From: Oculina patagonica
Lineage: Eukaryota
DNA length: 64,000 bases
NCBI RefSeq assembly: GCF_052425735.1
Contig: NC_135763.1
Span: forward strand, 3,162,001-3,226,000
Direction of reading: 5' to 3'
A program made the position numbers and the translations under genes. The first letter of the stretch is position 1; each line of letters starts with the position of its first letter. This document shows positions 38,301 to 53,000 of this stretch, one piece after another. The notes beneath the pieces were generated by a model. That model was not told the DNA's origin. It did no database searches and saw only the letters and a list, made by a program, of their open reading frames with translations.

Positions 38301-39667
38301 GGTATCATCAGGCCCTAACTTGATGCATGGGAAGCATGTTTACCTTTCTGAGTGTTTATAGCAGCATTGGAGGAAAGTGAACAAAGTAGAAATGTTAGCC
38401 TGTCAATTAAACACTGCAACTAAGATAAATCGATGACCAGCGAGACTGAAAAAAATGAACTACGATGCATAAGAAAGATGTTTACCTTTCCGAGTGTTTT
38501 ATAGCAGCATCAAACACCATCAGAAACTGAGCGAGAGAGGTCTGGTAAGCAGTGTTTATCTCGGCCATGGTCCTTGCCACGTCAAACATGACAGCTGCTC
38601 GGCGTGCGATTGGTCGATACCCCTCACGTGACTGAAGAATAGAGTTTTCAATGCCACGAGCACGTGTTTGGCTGGAGGGAAATATAAAAATAACTGTAGA
38701 TTAGCTAGTTGAATACGTGACAAGATAAATAATATAGCTTGCAAAAATTTCTTGGCACAGGGAGAAGAAGCAAATTCTATTTTAACTCCTTTTTTGCAAC
38801 ACCGCCAGACGTTTTAGATCGTTTAAAATGAAAGTATTTATTCCCTCGCTTTGGATTTGCGTTTGCTGAATTCTGTCAAGAAGAAAAAGGTTTGCAACAT
38901 GCAATCAGCGCAATCCCGGGCAACGAACCTTTTTCCCGCGTTCAAAAGTTCACGTGCTTTGCGTTCTAATGGCTTCATTTTGCCCTTTTTCCTAAAGTTT
39001 CAAATAACTTTTCATTATTTTCCAAGTCTTAAAAAACTGCCCAACGGTCCCGCTTGAAATTACATTTGCGAAAGTTCTGCAAGAAATTGTCGTTTACTTT
39101 GGCCTGGTTATGGCAAACGTTAAAGTTCATTATGTAGCCTTTTGCTACCACGCATTATGCCAGTCTAAGTACGAACCCTTCAACAATCTCCTCGTGTTGT
39201 TTCTTTATAGACGCAAGCTTCTTGGTGGCTGCCAAGTTGTGCAGAAGACGGTGTCCACTTCCTAAACACTCTAAGATGTTCTCCTCCGCTTCACGTAAGC
39301 CTTCCATTAGGGTCACCATTTCCTGATACAGAAAACATCAGTCAAGAACCAAAGAAGTACCGCATAAGCGATACTAAAAGCATTATGTACAAATTAATAA
39401 AATAAAACTTTGGTGTTATATTATAAGCATAATGTTAAGGTTAAAATCTGGTCCAATCCATTGGATTGCAGGAGCAAAGTGCTTCATTAGGCACGCCCAA
39501 TAATACGACACAACGACCCATTCTCGTCCCTACAGCCGCCTGTCCCAATTTTTTTTTTTTGTTTGCCTGTCCTTCTTAATCGGCGGGGCCTTTACACGAG
39601 AAACAAGTGGCTCTTGGGATACTTGTTTTGATTGGCTAGACTTTAAACTGTTTTCATTCGTTTGGGT

Positions 39668-39747
<80 letters not shown>

Positions 39748-40955
39748 TTTTTTTTTGGGCTTTAACAAGGGAAATTTTAGATCTAGCCAATCAAATCATG
39801 TATCCCCAGAGTCACCTGTTCCTCGCGCTAAGGCCCCCGCCAGCTAAGGAGGACATGCGGCTCTGTGGACGAGAATGCACAAAACCCTGAACAGTGCTTG
39901 AACAAAACCACTTCAGCACACTTACCATTAGGCTACCAAGCATAACAATAAATTATAATTACTGTACTTACATCCACCACTTGCGTCCTTGTGTCCTGCA
40001 TCCGGGGTTTCTCGAGTCTCAGGAACCGATCGAGGAACATTTCCTCAAGACCATCACGTGACTGACTGAATTCGACCACGTTAACATACGCCGCAATGCT
40101 TGATGGGACAGCCCGACTGGAAAACGTTGTAGCCAGTACCAACCTAATAAGGCAGAGGTTAGACATGTTAAGAACAAGTGCCGATTTTAGCTAGCCGAGC
40201 CTTTCCTTAGAAAATGAAGCAGATCCAACACGCTATCGTCAGTTTGCTTGGATAATTATCTATTATTTGGCACCTAATCTTGTTCAATCTGAACTGGCAC
40301 AATAGGCGTGAGTGCTTCTATAAATGACCAGTTGAACATAAAATGCAGACTACGCATATTCATTTAACTGAACAGCAGCTGAACTTGTTTTCACACAGAT
40401 TGAACTGAGGCCTCAGCTAGTAGAACTATATGAGAGCTCTAAGCAATTGTTTTTTCGAAAATGAAGGTGGAAAAAAACTTCCCAACCTCTTATGGTAAGT
40501 CGTGGAAGGGATAAAAATTACCAAAAACACGTAACAATTCATAACCAATCCCAAAACACAAACACTTCAAAAACGTTTTTTTAAAGAAACAACTTACCTA
40601 AAACCAGGCTGACACTCAATTTCATGTTCACCAACCTGGAAGGAAGTTTAGTAATTCAATTTAGTAAACGACCGGTAGCCAGTTGGAGAGCGAGGAACAG
40701 TGGGAAGGTCTCGGGCGAGTCCCAGACCGGACCAACACTAGGGTCTATGGGAGATGCTGCGCTCGCGGAGAACAGTCGAAGGACGAAAACGAGGCCCCGT
40801 CTCCTGCATCTCAGTGTAGGTCAGCAGGGGAGAGAACCCTCACACCATCGTAAAGAGTAGGGCATGGAGTTCCCGGTGTTGTGGTCTGGTCTTGCCCATT
40901 GTACTGTGCTACTGGAAATGCCGGAGAGCTGTATAAGCTACTCTTCAAATCGAGA

Positions 40956-41000
<45 letters not shown>

Positions 41001-44000
41001 AAAAATGCAACAAGCAGATTGCTACAATATGGGATTTTGTAGTGCAAACAAATGTCCACTGCTCAATTATGTTATGATGCTTGTTCTCTTGGGTGCTCTC
41101 GATAAATCGTCTTAACATTTCTGAACAGCTTCTGATTGTTACTGACCCAATCAGAACATCATACAATTTGGCGACATTCGCATACAATTGTTGTAATAAC
41201 AACATTTCTCATTCTCTTGCTTCCCGTTTATGTCTTAAACAGGCTACTAGAAAGGTTTTGTATTAAAATACACGCTTTTGTGATCTTACCACGAGTTTGA
41301 AAGGAGTACTTGATGTAAGGAACCTGTAACGACTCCTCAGTATGAAATAGAATCTGCTGTCATATTCCAACTCATTCACATCGACATCTGTCACAACCAG
41401 TGTGGTGCCCTCCATCAAACACGTCTCGAGGTGGCCACGCAGCTCCTGGGGTAAATAAAATAATAAAACAAAATACCGCAAATGCCTCTATTCTTCTCTC
41501 TCTCAACTTCATCACTCATTCAACAAACATCCCATCTACTAAGGTTTTAACCGAAGGAAATCCGGGAAAACTATTATTTGGAGGTAACTTATTATAAATG
41601 TTAAAATTGATTTCAGATTTCAGCGTGGTTTAAAAAATAAATTGTGGTATGTTCATATTCAAGTTTATGTTGCTATTATCAGCGTTGTTAAATATATTTT
41701 TTGATTGGAAAACGGTTTCAAACTGAAGAAGGGCTATGCCTGAAACGTTTGTGTAAACTACACAAAATGACACTATTCACAACATTTTTTTTAGTTTTTT
41801 GGTTTTATAGTACTATATTTTTTTATAACCCAGTTCAGTTATAGATATTCTATTTTAAATTACTAAGTAACATCTGCTTTAGCTAATCTCGGTAGTTTCA
41901 CCTTTGCATTGACTAAATGAAAAAAAAGGTAACTGTTTTTGTTGTTGTTAAGTTTTTTTGACGTTGTTGTTGTTGGCTTCTAAGACAGGAACCTGGCCTT
42001 TCATCGCTACTGGTCAGTTCGGCATTTCGCGAAGGATAAACGCCAAACCAGCCGGAAGTGATGATAGGCGGTTGTATTCGCAAGCCATTGTTGTTGTTGT
42101 TGCTGTTGTTGTTGCTGTTGCTGCTGCTGCTGAAATAACACCCTCTCTAAAGACCGTGTAAGCATGTAGCAGCCTTTACAGGAACGCAGCTGTTCATAAC
42201 CTTTCTACACTTCTCTTTATGTGATTATTGCTCACCTTGTATTTGACGAGCGTGGTTTGACCCAGCATGGTCAGGACCCAGGTGATGGCGATTCTTTGAG
42301 GATCGCACAGCAGAGCCCATGAGTCAGAACACTCCTCTTGAGAGAAGATACACACAGTGTCCATGGATATCGGGTCTGTGGGCAACTGGAGGTTCTCCCA
42401 TGTCTTCAATACTATCTGTTGAGTCAAAACACCGCAGAGCGTAATCAGGTAACGTATTAGCAATAAAAGGCTCTAAGGGTTTCCCTTAGAGCCACGAACC
42501 ACGAGCAAAGAGGTTGTAAAGGTAGTTAAGAAATTCAGAAGACAGCTTTGAAGCCGAGGGCTCATGATCCAGCACTACGGTTTTGATGTTAGACCGATTT
42601 ACCAACAATGTCTTCTGTTTTCATTCTTGCGTTTCAACGCACTGTAAAAATACGACTTCTAGTAGTTCAGAAAAAAAACCTCATAACAACGCACTACTTC
42701 ACTAACATCAGATACAAGAAACATGCAATACTTTCTCCTCTGCTTTATGAAAAAGCCAAGAATCCTTATCACTTAAAAACAACAACAACAAAAACAAACA
42801 AACAAACATAACAAACCTTTCCCTTGAGAAACTCTGGAAGTGTAAGACGGTCGAAGAGATGTTGATATTGAACTTTCAAACCATTATCTCTATTCACTTG
42901 CATGAAAAATTTGCCCATCCGTTTTCTGAGAAAATGAAACGAAATAAACACCTGTGTTTATTATTGTACTTGACAGTAATGATAAATGCTTTTCAACCAA
43001 TGGCAGCCCTCGAGTATTACTTTTTCTATTCCATAACACGGAATACAGTATCATCATTGTAAAACACGTTGTATTCCCGACACTCGCTCAAGTTTTAATA
43101 CGATTAAGGACACAAAATGATTTTACGAACCTTCTGTCAACTCCCATTGAACCACAGTAAGTTAGAAATGCCGCTCCCGCGATACAGTTAGAAAGCAGTA
43201 TTTCAGATGAGGTGTATTCGTCGACATACGCTTTCCATTCACGCTCCATGTATTTCAAGCTGTATAAAAAAACAAAAACAAATACGTTTTAAAACTCCAG
43301 ATAATGAACGAAATCACACATTCACGCCAACGGCTGACAGGTTATCTCACAATAAATAAATCAAATAAATCAACTTTGTTTTACGAGGGTTGCACATAAC
43401 AGTCTTTCGACTGACAAACCTGTGGCCCTCGGATTCCCGATCGAATTGGAATTTAGATAGCTGTAAAATTCTTTGCCCATCAGTTTATGAGCATCACAGA
43501 AATCATAAAAATTCTAAGAGTTTACTGTGGTATTGGGGGACGCTAACTCAAAATTAGAGACGTTTGTATGGATTTTGAGCCATGTTCCAAGGTCCATAAC
43601 TTCGTCTCTGTTCATCCTAAAAGCATCAAACTTGGTCAATTAACCAATCTCACCGTGATCTTTCATGTTATGTTGTCAGATTATTGATTGCTTCAAATTT
43701 AAAACTCGCTCCAGTCCCTTGTGCACCTTCGGAATGGCCAATAGCCAATCAGATTGCGAGTTTACCTAACAGTCGGTCACTGAGTAATGCTAATAGCTAT
43801 GAGTATCACGTGTTGGAAATACTTTATTTTTCTATTGTTGTCGAAAAAAGCATTCATAGCGGTTTTTTCAGCAGATATATACCTGTGCAGAAGGCCGGTG
43901 GCAGCTTTAAGCCTCTCACTACAAGATCTGACGTCATTGCCCAGGTTATGTTTCACTACCACTGCGTCATCATACTCTTTTTGAAGCCTGGTTACATCTT

Positions 44001-47000
44001 CTTGGAGGCCTGGCAAGTCAGCTTCGGTCAATTCAACCTCTGGTTCTGGCGTGGCTACCTGCAAATAAAAAAACAAACATTGACGCTGTCATACCTATCA
44101 GAATAAATGCGCGCCTGACGGGAAAAAAAGAACTCGCTGAGCGCTCAATTTCATCCAGGGAGGGAGCAGGCTGGGCCGGGGCGATGAAAGGCGCAGTCCA
44201 CCCTTCGTGTAATGTGTGATGCGGAGTAGCAATGGAACGGGCGCTCTCTGGCTTTTCCGGTACGAACTTCCGGTGCCTTCTTCCACCCTGATTTCATCCC
44301 CGCGCCTGAAATTCGATTCAAAAATGCTACACTGATGACGTAGCAGAACAGGGATCCATTCGGTGCTTCACTTGTGCCTGGAAGAGTCATAACCGAACAA
44401 CAACCAATCGTCTTAATCTTAAAAGAAAGTTCTGTAAGGTTGGTTTGTAGGCTTAATTGTTTGCTTTTTGTCGTCGTCGCCGCCGTTGTTGTTTTTATTT
44501 TGTTGTTATGTTATTGTTGTTGTTTTGACATAGTGAATATATGAAAGACATGTATGTGACCTGCGGATAAATGATGAAATGAATGATGTGATTCTCGCAG
44601 TGTGTAAGCAATTTAAGCAATTGCATTTTTTTTTTAAGCCAAAAAACGGGATTTGAACCCACGACCTCCGCGATACAGGTGCGTTCAATCAACTTTATTA
44701 AAAGAGGGTAACGGCAAACAGTAAAAACTATTAAAAAAAAAGCGGCCCCCGGATTAAAAATTACAAATAAATAATATATACTCGCGTTGTTCTCCCAACT
44801 GAGCTATGAAGTTACCCTTTGCCTCTTTTTCAAAACGAGTCTACGTGCGAACTATTCATCATGAAAATGAGTTTCACCTACAGGTCCATTTTTATGCAAA
44901 TCAAACTTATTTACATTTGAATGGTTTCGCACGTAGACTCGATTTGAGAGAGGCAAAAGGTAACTCGGAAATGGCCTATTGTGGGTCCCATTATCCCGCA
45001 TTTGGAGTAGATGACACAGTGATGAAATGAATTATGTGATCCTCATTGTGTCTAAGCAAACTGTCATTTTTTGTTTTGTGGGGCTAAGCCATGTCCCTCC
45101 TTACTTTTTCCATTTCATGCTCCTTTGCTTTTTTCTCTAACTCGGCTTGTCTCTCGTCATCTTCGCGTTCCTTAAGCAGCTCTTCTAAATAGTCACACGC
45201 CTTTCGGTACGGTTTGTAGAGCCTCGTGTACTCAACTAACGCCACAGTGTACTCCACAAGGACAGCGGCATCCTCTGACGAGTATTTGGCGGCTGTGGTT
45301 GTGATTCCTTGAGGTTTACGTTCTGTTCAAGATTAACAAACATATATCTGAGTAAGATCTGACTGCAGAATACTAGTACACTGGAAAAGTTGAAAATTTA
45401 CATGCACATGTAAATTACGATTTACAAAATGTAAATCTTATTTACATTCTTTGTAAATTAAAATTTACATGTTGGAGTTTTGTAAAACAAAATTTACATG
45501 AAATTTACAGTCTTCAACGGATCATGTAAATGTATTGTAAAAAGTGATTTACATGGTCCTTTATTACAACGCTAATTGTAAGAACATGTAAAAAACATGT
45601 CAAATGTATTAACCATTTTTACAGTTTCTTTCTTTGTAAAAAACATGTAAATTTCTTTACTAAATCATGTAAAGAACATGGAAAATTGACAAAGGGGCGC
45701 CGTTCGGAAACATGTAAAAACCATGGAAATTGACAAAGGGGGCCTGTTTGGAAACATGTAAAAACCATGGAAATTGACAAAGGGGGCCTGTTTGGAAACA
45801 TGTAAAAACCATGGAAATTAACAAAGGGGGCCTGTTTGGAAACATGTAAAAAACATGGAAATTGACAAAGGGGGCCTGTTTGGAAACATGTAAATACCCT
45901 GGAAATCGACAAAGGGGGCCTGTTTGGAAACATGTAAAAAATATGGAAATTGACAAAGGGGGCCTGTCTAGAAACATGTAAATACCCTGGAAATTGACAA
46001 AGGGGGCTGTTTGAAAACATGTGAACATGAGCTTTTAATTCATGATGTAACCCACCAAATAACTTTCGCGTGCATTCATTAGTTAGACAGAACGCATCAC
46101 GTGGTACGAAATTAAACGACGAAGAAGAAATCGGAGGGATTTAAGAAAGAATAAAATAAATATTTCCCCTTCCGGCTTGCTGGAGGATAATACTCCTTGC
46201 CTGAAAGATTATCCTCAAAATTTCAAAGTTGCCTTTGAAGCTTAGTCAACTGTTCATTTTTTCAGCCAAGGGCATTATCCTCCAATATGCAACCGCCTGA
46301 ATGGGTTTTTATTATTTACTAATTATCTAGATGAACGAAGCGCAAGACGAAATTAAGCGACTGATATCAGTTTTAACATAACTCATTACAAAAGCTCTTA
46401 GTTACAAATCTTTTACTAATATAAAAAAGTAAACAGATTATAAATAAAAACCTTTTGATGCAGAAAACGAAGGCGACTATGACTTCGTCTAACAATATTT
46501 TAAACAATCTGGAGCAGTGGGGGGAAAACGCTAGCGTCCATCAGTTTGGCTTATATATTTTTCGAGACATGCGTTTTGGTTTTCTTTATATTATAGACAA
46601 GGAAATTTTGCTCGCGAACGGCGGTATAAATTGGTCGTTTGCCGTGTTTGACCTGGTCGAGAGGTAAGGCCGAGAAGCACTGGCGCGAACGAAAATTAAT
46701 CCCGGCGTCCTCTCTGGTACTTTTTGGCGCTCGGTTCAACGGTTCGAAGATCGATCATTGAGAGGCCTTTTCTCTCGCTAAAAAGGGCAATTTTCCTCTC
46801 TTTAAGACTTTATTACTTCCAAATTAGCTGCATGGAGCCTTCTTTCACCGGATCTCCAATCAATACGCCTGTTTTAGCCAAGTTTCTTTCCAAGGTAAGC
46901 TTATATGTTAAAATATGTTTTGGTTGATTTCCTCTATGTAGCTTCTAGGTGAGATTGTTTTAATATTTTAATAGAAGTTCAAAATTAGAATTTCGTGTTT

Positions 47001-50000
47001 GTTCTTGCACTTCATACGTATAATTCAGCACTTCTTAAACATGAAGTTATTGTTAGAATAAATTGAATAATTCGTGTGCAGTAGAGATGTCAACACAAGA
47101 CTTTCAACATTTTTATTTAAAATATAAGCTTATATAATTTAAGAGTGCAAGGCTTATTTATTATTTATTTATGTATTTATTCATTTATTGTATTTTGCAA
47201 CAGTTTAAACTCAGTGAGGCTTTCAACTGGCAAATTATAAAGCAAACTAAAACAGCTTTAAAATTATCACCCAAAGTATTTAGCAGTATTTATCAATCTT
47301 ATCTATATAGTACTCCTGGCATATCAAACTCATTCGATTGGTTTTGTTAGTCGAAAAAAATCGAACTTCTATTTTGCTGTGAGTTCGATTATTCCCAGGG
47401 TAACCAATCGAATGTTCGGTAATCGAACTCAATCGAACACCAATTGTTCGATTGGGTTCGGTAATCGTACATAATCAAACTCACAATAAAATTTGGTCAA
47501 TCGAACTCAATCGAAAGTTTGATTACCGAACTCCTGTTTGTTTATACTGCGTATATATTGATTTATACTGCATACATATCGATTGATTTCAAGAGCCACA
47601 GCTGGGGCAGTAGAACAACGTACTCGTCCGAAACTGAAGTCAATTTTGCATGCAAGTTTTTTGCTTATTACGATGATTTTGGTCTTAAGAAAAAAAATAT
47701 TTTACTTGTTCACTTATTATTGTTGTCATCCATGTTGATAGTAAGCACTTCCTCCAATGTAATTATGCTAGAAATTGCTCTTCTCCTGTCAACGTCGCTT
47801 TTGGCCGCCCTCGAGGGCTAAGACAGACTGATGGCGGCAGCGTTTTGGCTCCCTATAATGATTCTTCACATATTGAACACACTGATTGCCTGTGTTGCAG
47901 TGAATGAAATGGTGCAACTTCTGTTTGAGTGTAACGGTAAAAACTGCAGGGCAGAAACCATATCCTTCCTTCTAATATAGAAATGTAAACAATAGTGCAT
48001 TTCAGTTATTTTACCGTCCTTCTGTTCTCTTCTACCAAATATATTTTACTAAACATTGACATTCAGTTCGATATTTGGACGTTTTTATATTTATTCCATT
48101 CAATAAAAGTTGATTTTGATTAGTCCTGTGTGATTTACTTATCAAGAGAAAGATTCAGAACTAGATCAAACCCGATTGAGTTTGACTGTTTTGATTATGT
48201 TCGATTGGTTCGAAAATCGGACTTACAGCAAAATAGATGTTTGATTTTGTTCGATTACCAAACCCAACGAAGATTGTGTCGATGGTCGATGATTTTTGTT
48301 CAATTTCTGGTGGATACCCCGGGGAACCAATCATACACAACCGAACACAACCAAACTCAAGTTCGACTTTTCGGAATCCATCTCTTGATAAGTAAAACAT
48401 CAGGACAAATTAAACCGAGTGTCAATGTTTTTTATACATATTTTTGTAAGAGAACGAAACAACAGTTAAATACTGATATATGCACTTTTGTTTACTTTTT
48501 TATAGTGGTGGGAAGGAAATGGTTTCTGCCTTGTAGTCACCATAAAACTCAAACAGAACATTTTTTTCTACTTAAACAGAACTTGCACCATTTCATTCAC
48601 CGCAACATAGGCAGTAGTAAAAACAAAATAAAATAAATAAATAAAAAAACAACAACAACAAAACATAGGCAGTAGTGCACCATACAAAATGTCTGCATAA
48701 TATACAAACAAGCAAGAGTTCGTAATCAAACATTCCATTTTGTTGGATGGACCAAATTTTAATTTTAGTACGGTTATGTGCAATTACCGTACCCAATCAA
48801 CCATTGGTGTTCGATGGGGTTTGAATATGGAATGTTTAATTGGTTACGTCAGGAGTACTGAAGTGACTTTTAATTGAGTCAGCAAATGACATTGAATTGT
48901 TTGGATGTGTTATTATTTTCAGATGAAAGGGTTGATAGCAAGAGTGGCATGTAAGTACAAGCCTCAATTTATGTCTCAATGACTAGCAGCTAATCAAAGT
49001 TTTAAATCCAATGTAGACTTAATGACCTGCAGTCAAAGGCTTTTTTCTGTAAGTCGAATAGCACTGCAGTAAGCCCAAATAGGACTGAGGTTAGCCGAAA
49101 TAACAACCTGGTTAACCTCAATACAGTGGAACCCCGATATAACGATCTTCGATATTCCCGATATAACGATGAATATGTTATGTCCCGGCAAAAATAAAAT
49201 GTATAGGACAGCACCCTGATATAACGATTCCTTGATATAACGATATAATTTTACTGCCCCCTTGGCATATGGTTATATCTGGGTTACACTGTACATGTAG
49301 CACTATTGTTAGCCTTAATAGCATTGCACTTACAATGTAGCCTAAATAGCACTCCAGTTGGCCTTAACAGCACTTTGTGTGGCCCTAAATTTTAAAACTC
49401 TGGTTAGCATGTTTATGGTTAGCCTTAAAATAATTAATAGTGGTAATGGTAACATAAAGTGTACTTTAAAAATTCTGACAGTTGGCAGCTGGCCACTGTG
49501 GTACAGTGGTCATGAGTATAGCTTACCATGCAATCAACTTTATAGGAAATTTGCTACATGTACATTTACAGCTGGTCTAGTACAAATTCCTACATGTCCA
49601 AATGTGCATCGTAGAGTGCTTAAAAAATACATGTTCAATTGTACATGTCATATTTTTGAATTTTGTGATACCATAAGGTCTTTATTTTTGTAAAGTTTAT
49701 ATTTGAGTGCAACCAATGGACTGCAAAACTCTACTTCTCACGTCCTTGACAACAACTGGATGGCAATGTAATGGAGCAATGTCTGCATGTAAAAAATTAC
49801 TTTCAGTCAGCTGTTCTCAAGGTCAGCTCTCCCAGTTATCTTGAAGTCCCTAATGTGCAGGTTAGAAGTAATTTTGTTTCAACTTTTCTTTAATTTTGCA
49901 AACCAGTTTATTTTTTTTCAGATAATATAAGAAAGAGAATGGAAGTAATTTTTTTACCACAGACAACCAGAATGTCATTCTAATGTTCTTTATATTTTTT

Positions 50001-53000
50001 AGGTTAAAGAAGGCTCTACCACTCACTGATGAAGTCTTTACATACAAATACTAAAAAGGTGGCAATAACCAGAGGTGGTTAAGGTGTAAAATCTTCACCT
50101 CGTATATCAGTCTGTACCACAAATGAAGCACTCTGAATAGTGTACAACATGTACATGTTGTTTTTTGTGGTTATTCCATCACTTTTTCTACTTTACAATA
50201 TTGACACTTTCAAATAGGACCATTAACAAAGCCTGACAATTCAGTGATAAATGTTTTGAACCTAGGCTGGTCAGTGTTCGAAATCATTATTCAGAGGTCT
50301 ACTATGGTATTTGATGCCATAGCTTTTTATCAATTGTAGTGCTATGATAGTAGTTGAAGGGTTGGAACCCAAACCATTTGCCAAATAACCACTTTAAAGG
50401 TAAAGAATTATTCTACATCAGTGTCAGTCTTAGTTCTTACTTTCACAATTAAGTGTTTATTCGATTAAGCGCCCAACCTCGAATAAGCGCCCACCTCGAA
50501 TAAGCGCTACTCTGTAGGTAGGAAAAGTTAAAAATAAGGTCTTGTAAATGTACAACAAGAGCGACCGAGCAATGATCAGCGTCTAATTCAAGGCTTTTTG
50601 GGACAACATACAATTTACTACCCTCGGGAAGGCCACCGGGGCAGAACTTTGGGCCACGAGGCGGAGAAGTGGGGAGGAGACTGGTGAAGAGGCACCAGTA
50701 CTCAATGAATTTATCTGTCAACATTCCTTCAAACTCTACTTTCTTTGAAATTAATTCTTAGTTTCTGCGGTTTTCGGGGTGGGAGTGAAAAATTAGCAGA
50801 GGTTGATGCAAGTTCACTCGCGGCTTTGCCACGTAAATGTTTGTGCGTGCTCTAAGGTGAGCCTACTCGCAGGCTAGTGTGAACTTGGCTGTTCAGTGTT
50901 CAAAATCATTGTGCAAAAGGTTGTGCAATGTTTATTATTCGTTTGATTTCATAGTTTTATGATATGGAAGGGTTGTGGTAGTAACTGAAGGGCTGAATGC
51001 AAAATCATGTGCCAAACATTACATGAATTGAAGCAAAAGAAAAACATTCAACAAAAATTTAATCCTGAAATACCATGGTTTCATTTCCAACCCTTCAGTT
51101 ACTGTAAAGTATATTTTATGCGGTTATTCAAAAAGACCATTTACGCCTATTAATAAAAGTGATCAATATCTTACCCATAGTATAACTTTAAAAGGCTCAT
51201 TTTCATCCTACAATACATGTCTTTCATGATATGGTACATTTTCATACATATGCTAAGCTATTGCATAATTCACCTCATATTGAGTGCATGAAGACACTTC
51301 AGTAGAGGAACATAGGATAAATCGGGGCACATGCCAAGCAAAATAGATTGGCTTTTTAAGAGAAAAGCAAACACCAGTGCAACATGCAGGATCAAAGTGG
51401 GCCTTTGCAATAGAGGAGTAGTATTATTACTATTTGGAAATGAAGTCACTGATATGTTATTAGACAGTTCTATCAATTAATCATGCAAAAATTTTTCTTA
51501 ATCTTTATTGTTTTCCATAATGATTACGTGAAGTTGAAATAATTGGTATCAGCAATTTTTGACCTAGTAAAACTGCTTTATTTGAACTGAAAAAACTATA
51601 CAAAACTATACGATCTAAATCATTTTATTCTGAATGAAATGCTAGTTTTTATTATATTTATAAAGAATATTCCAAGCTATATATACATGCTTTATTGCAA
51701 GATACTTGCAGACAAACTTTATTACTTATGGGGTATAAAATCATTTGTATGTATTATTATTAACTGGAAAAATATATGCACTGACGTACTGAAAATGAAT
51801 GTAGTTAGGATAGTATCAAGAAAAGGTTATAGACGAATAAAAGAAAACAGTGCCAGGCATTCTGTTCTTCATTTTAATTACAGGGGCTAGGCAGGTCCCC
51901 TTTGTCAATTTCCATGTTTTTTACATTTTTCAAACAGGCCCCCTTTGTCGATTTCCAGGGTATTTACATGTTTCAATCAGGCCCCCTTTGTCAATTTACA
52001 TGTTTCCAAACAGGCCCCCTTTGTCGATTTCCAGGGTATTTACATGTTTCAATCAGGCCCCCTTTGTCAATTTACATGTTTCCAAACAGGCCCCCTTTGT
52101 CAATTTCCATGGTTTTTACATGTTTCCAAAAAGGCCCCCTTTGTCGATTTCCAGGGTATGTACATGTTTCAATCAGGCCCCCTTTGTCAATTTACATGTT
52201 TCCAAACAGGCCCCCTTTGTCGATTTCCAGGGTATTTACATGTTTCAATCAGGCCCCCTTTGTCAATTTACATGTTTCCAAACAGGCCCCCTTTGTCGAT
52301 TTCCAGGGTATTTACATGTTTCCAAACAGGCCCCCTTTGTAGATTTCCAGGGTATTTACATGTTTCAATCAGGCCCCCTCTGTCAATTTACATGTTTCCA
52401 AACAGGCCCCCTTTGTCAATTTACATGGTTTTTACATGTTTCCATACAGGCCCCCTTTGTCAATTTCCATGTTTTTTACATGTTCAGTCTATTTATAAGC
52501 ATCAGGTATAAATGTTTTTACATGCTTTTTACAGGGTTGAGCGGATAAATTGACATGTTATTTACATGGTCCGTGGTCTTTCGTTCGGGAAATTTACATG
52601 ATGTTCTTGTGTTTTTACATGTTTTACTTCAAATATTTAGTTACATGTTTTGAGAAGAACATGTAAAAGGGTAAAAACTATGTAAATCATCCTTTACAGT
52701 GTCTTTACATGTTATTTACATGTTATTTACATACTATGTAAATTTTCAACTTTTCCAGTGATATTAAACCTGGAAAATGTTTCTGACATCAGAGAAGATT
52801 AGTTCTTTGTAGTTTCGTAAAATGTTGCATCTTATTTTTACGTCTCTGTAAAAGGGTGAGGTAACCTTAAATGATGGAACACTTTTTTTAGGGCACTGGA
52901 CTTAAAATTTCTTGTCAGGGTATTGGAGCTCCAGACCCACAACGCACAAGAAGTCACTGACTGTTCAATAATATGGTTCTTTTACCTCCTTAAGATTAAA

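Larger units (their letters stand above)
45379..52760. mobile_element. 7.4-kb non-autonomous CACTA/EnSpm-like (CACTG) DNA transposon in dynein intron 45323-53065
   Basis: Perfect 25-bp TIR CACTGGAAAAGTTGAAAATTTACAT (45379) / ATGTAAATTTTCAACTTTTCCAGTG (52760); oppositely oriented subterminal arrays of a 44-bp unit at about 45670-46022 and 51895-52485; no long ORF; TSD not clean (gta / ata). Confidence 0.85.

Noticed and set aside
40811-41205. Poly-Met, poly-His and poly-Ser ORFs (and the poly-Ser ORF at 10889-11119)
   Set aside because: Microsatellite translations.
51850-52548. Three overlapping repetitive ORFs; regular repeats superficially like a CRISPR array (also 45619-46028)
   Set aside because: These are transposon subterminal tandem repeats: no unique spacers, no cas genes, eukaryotic context.
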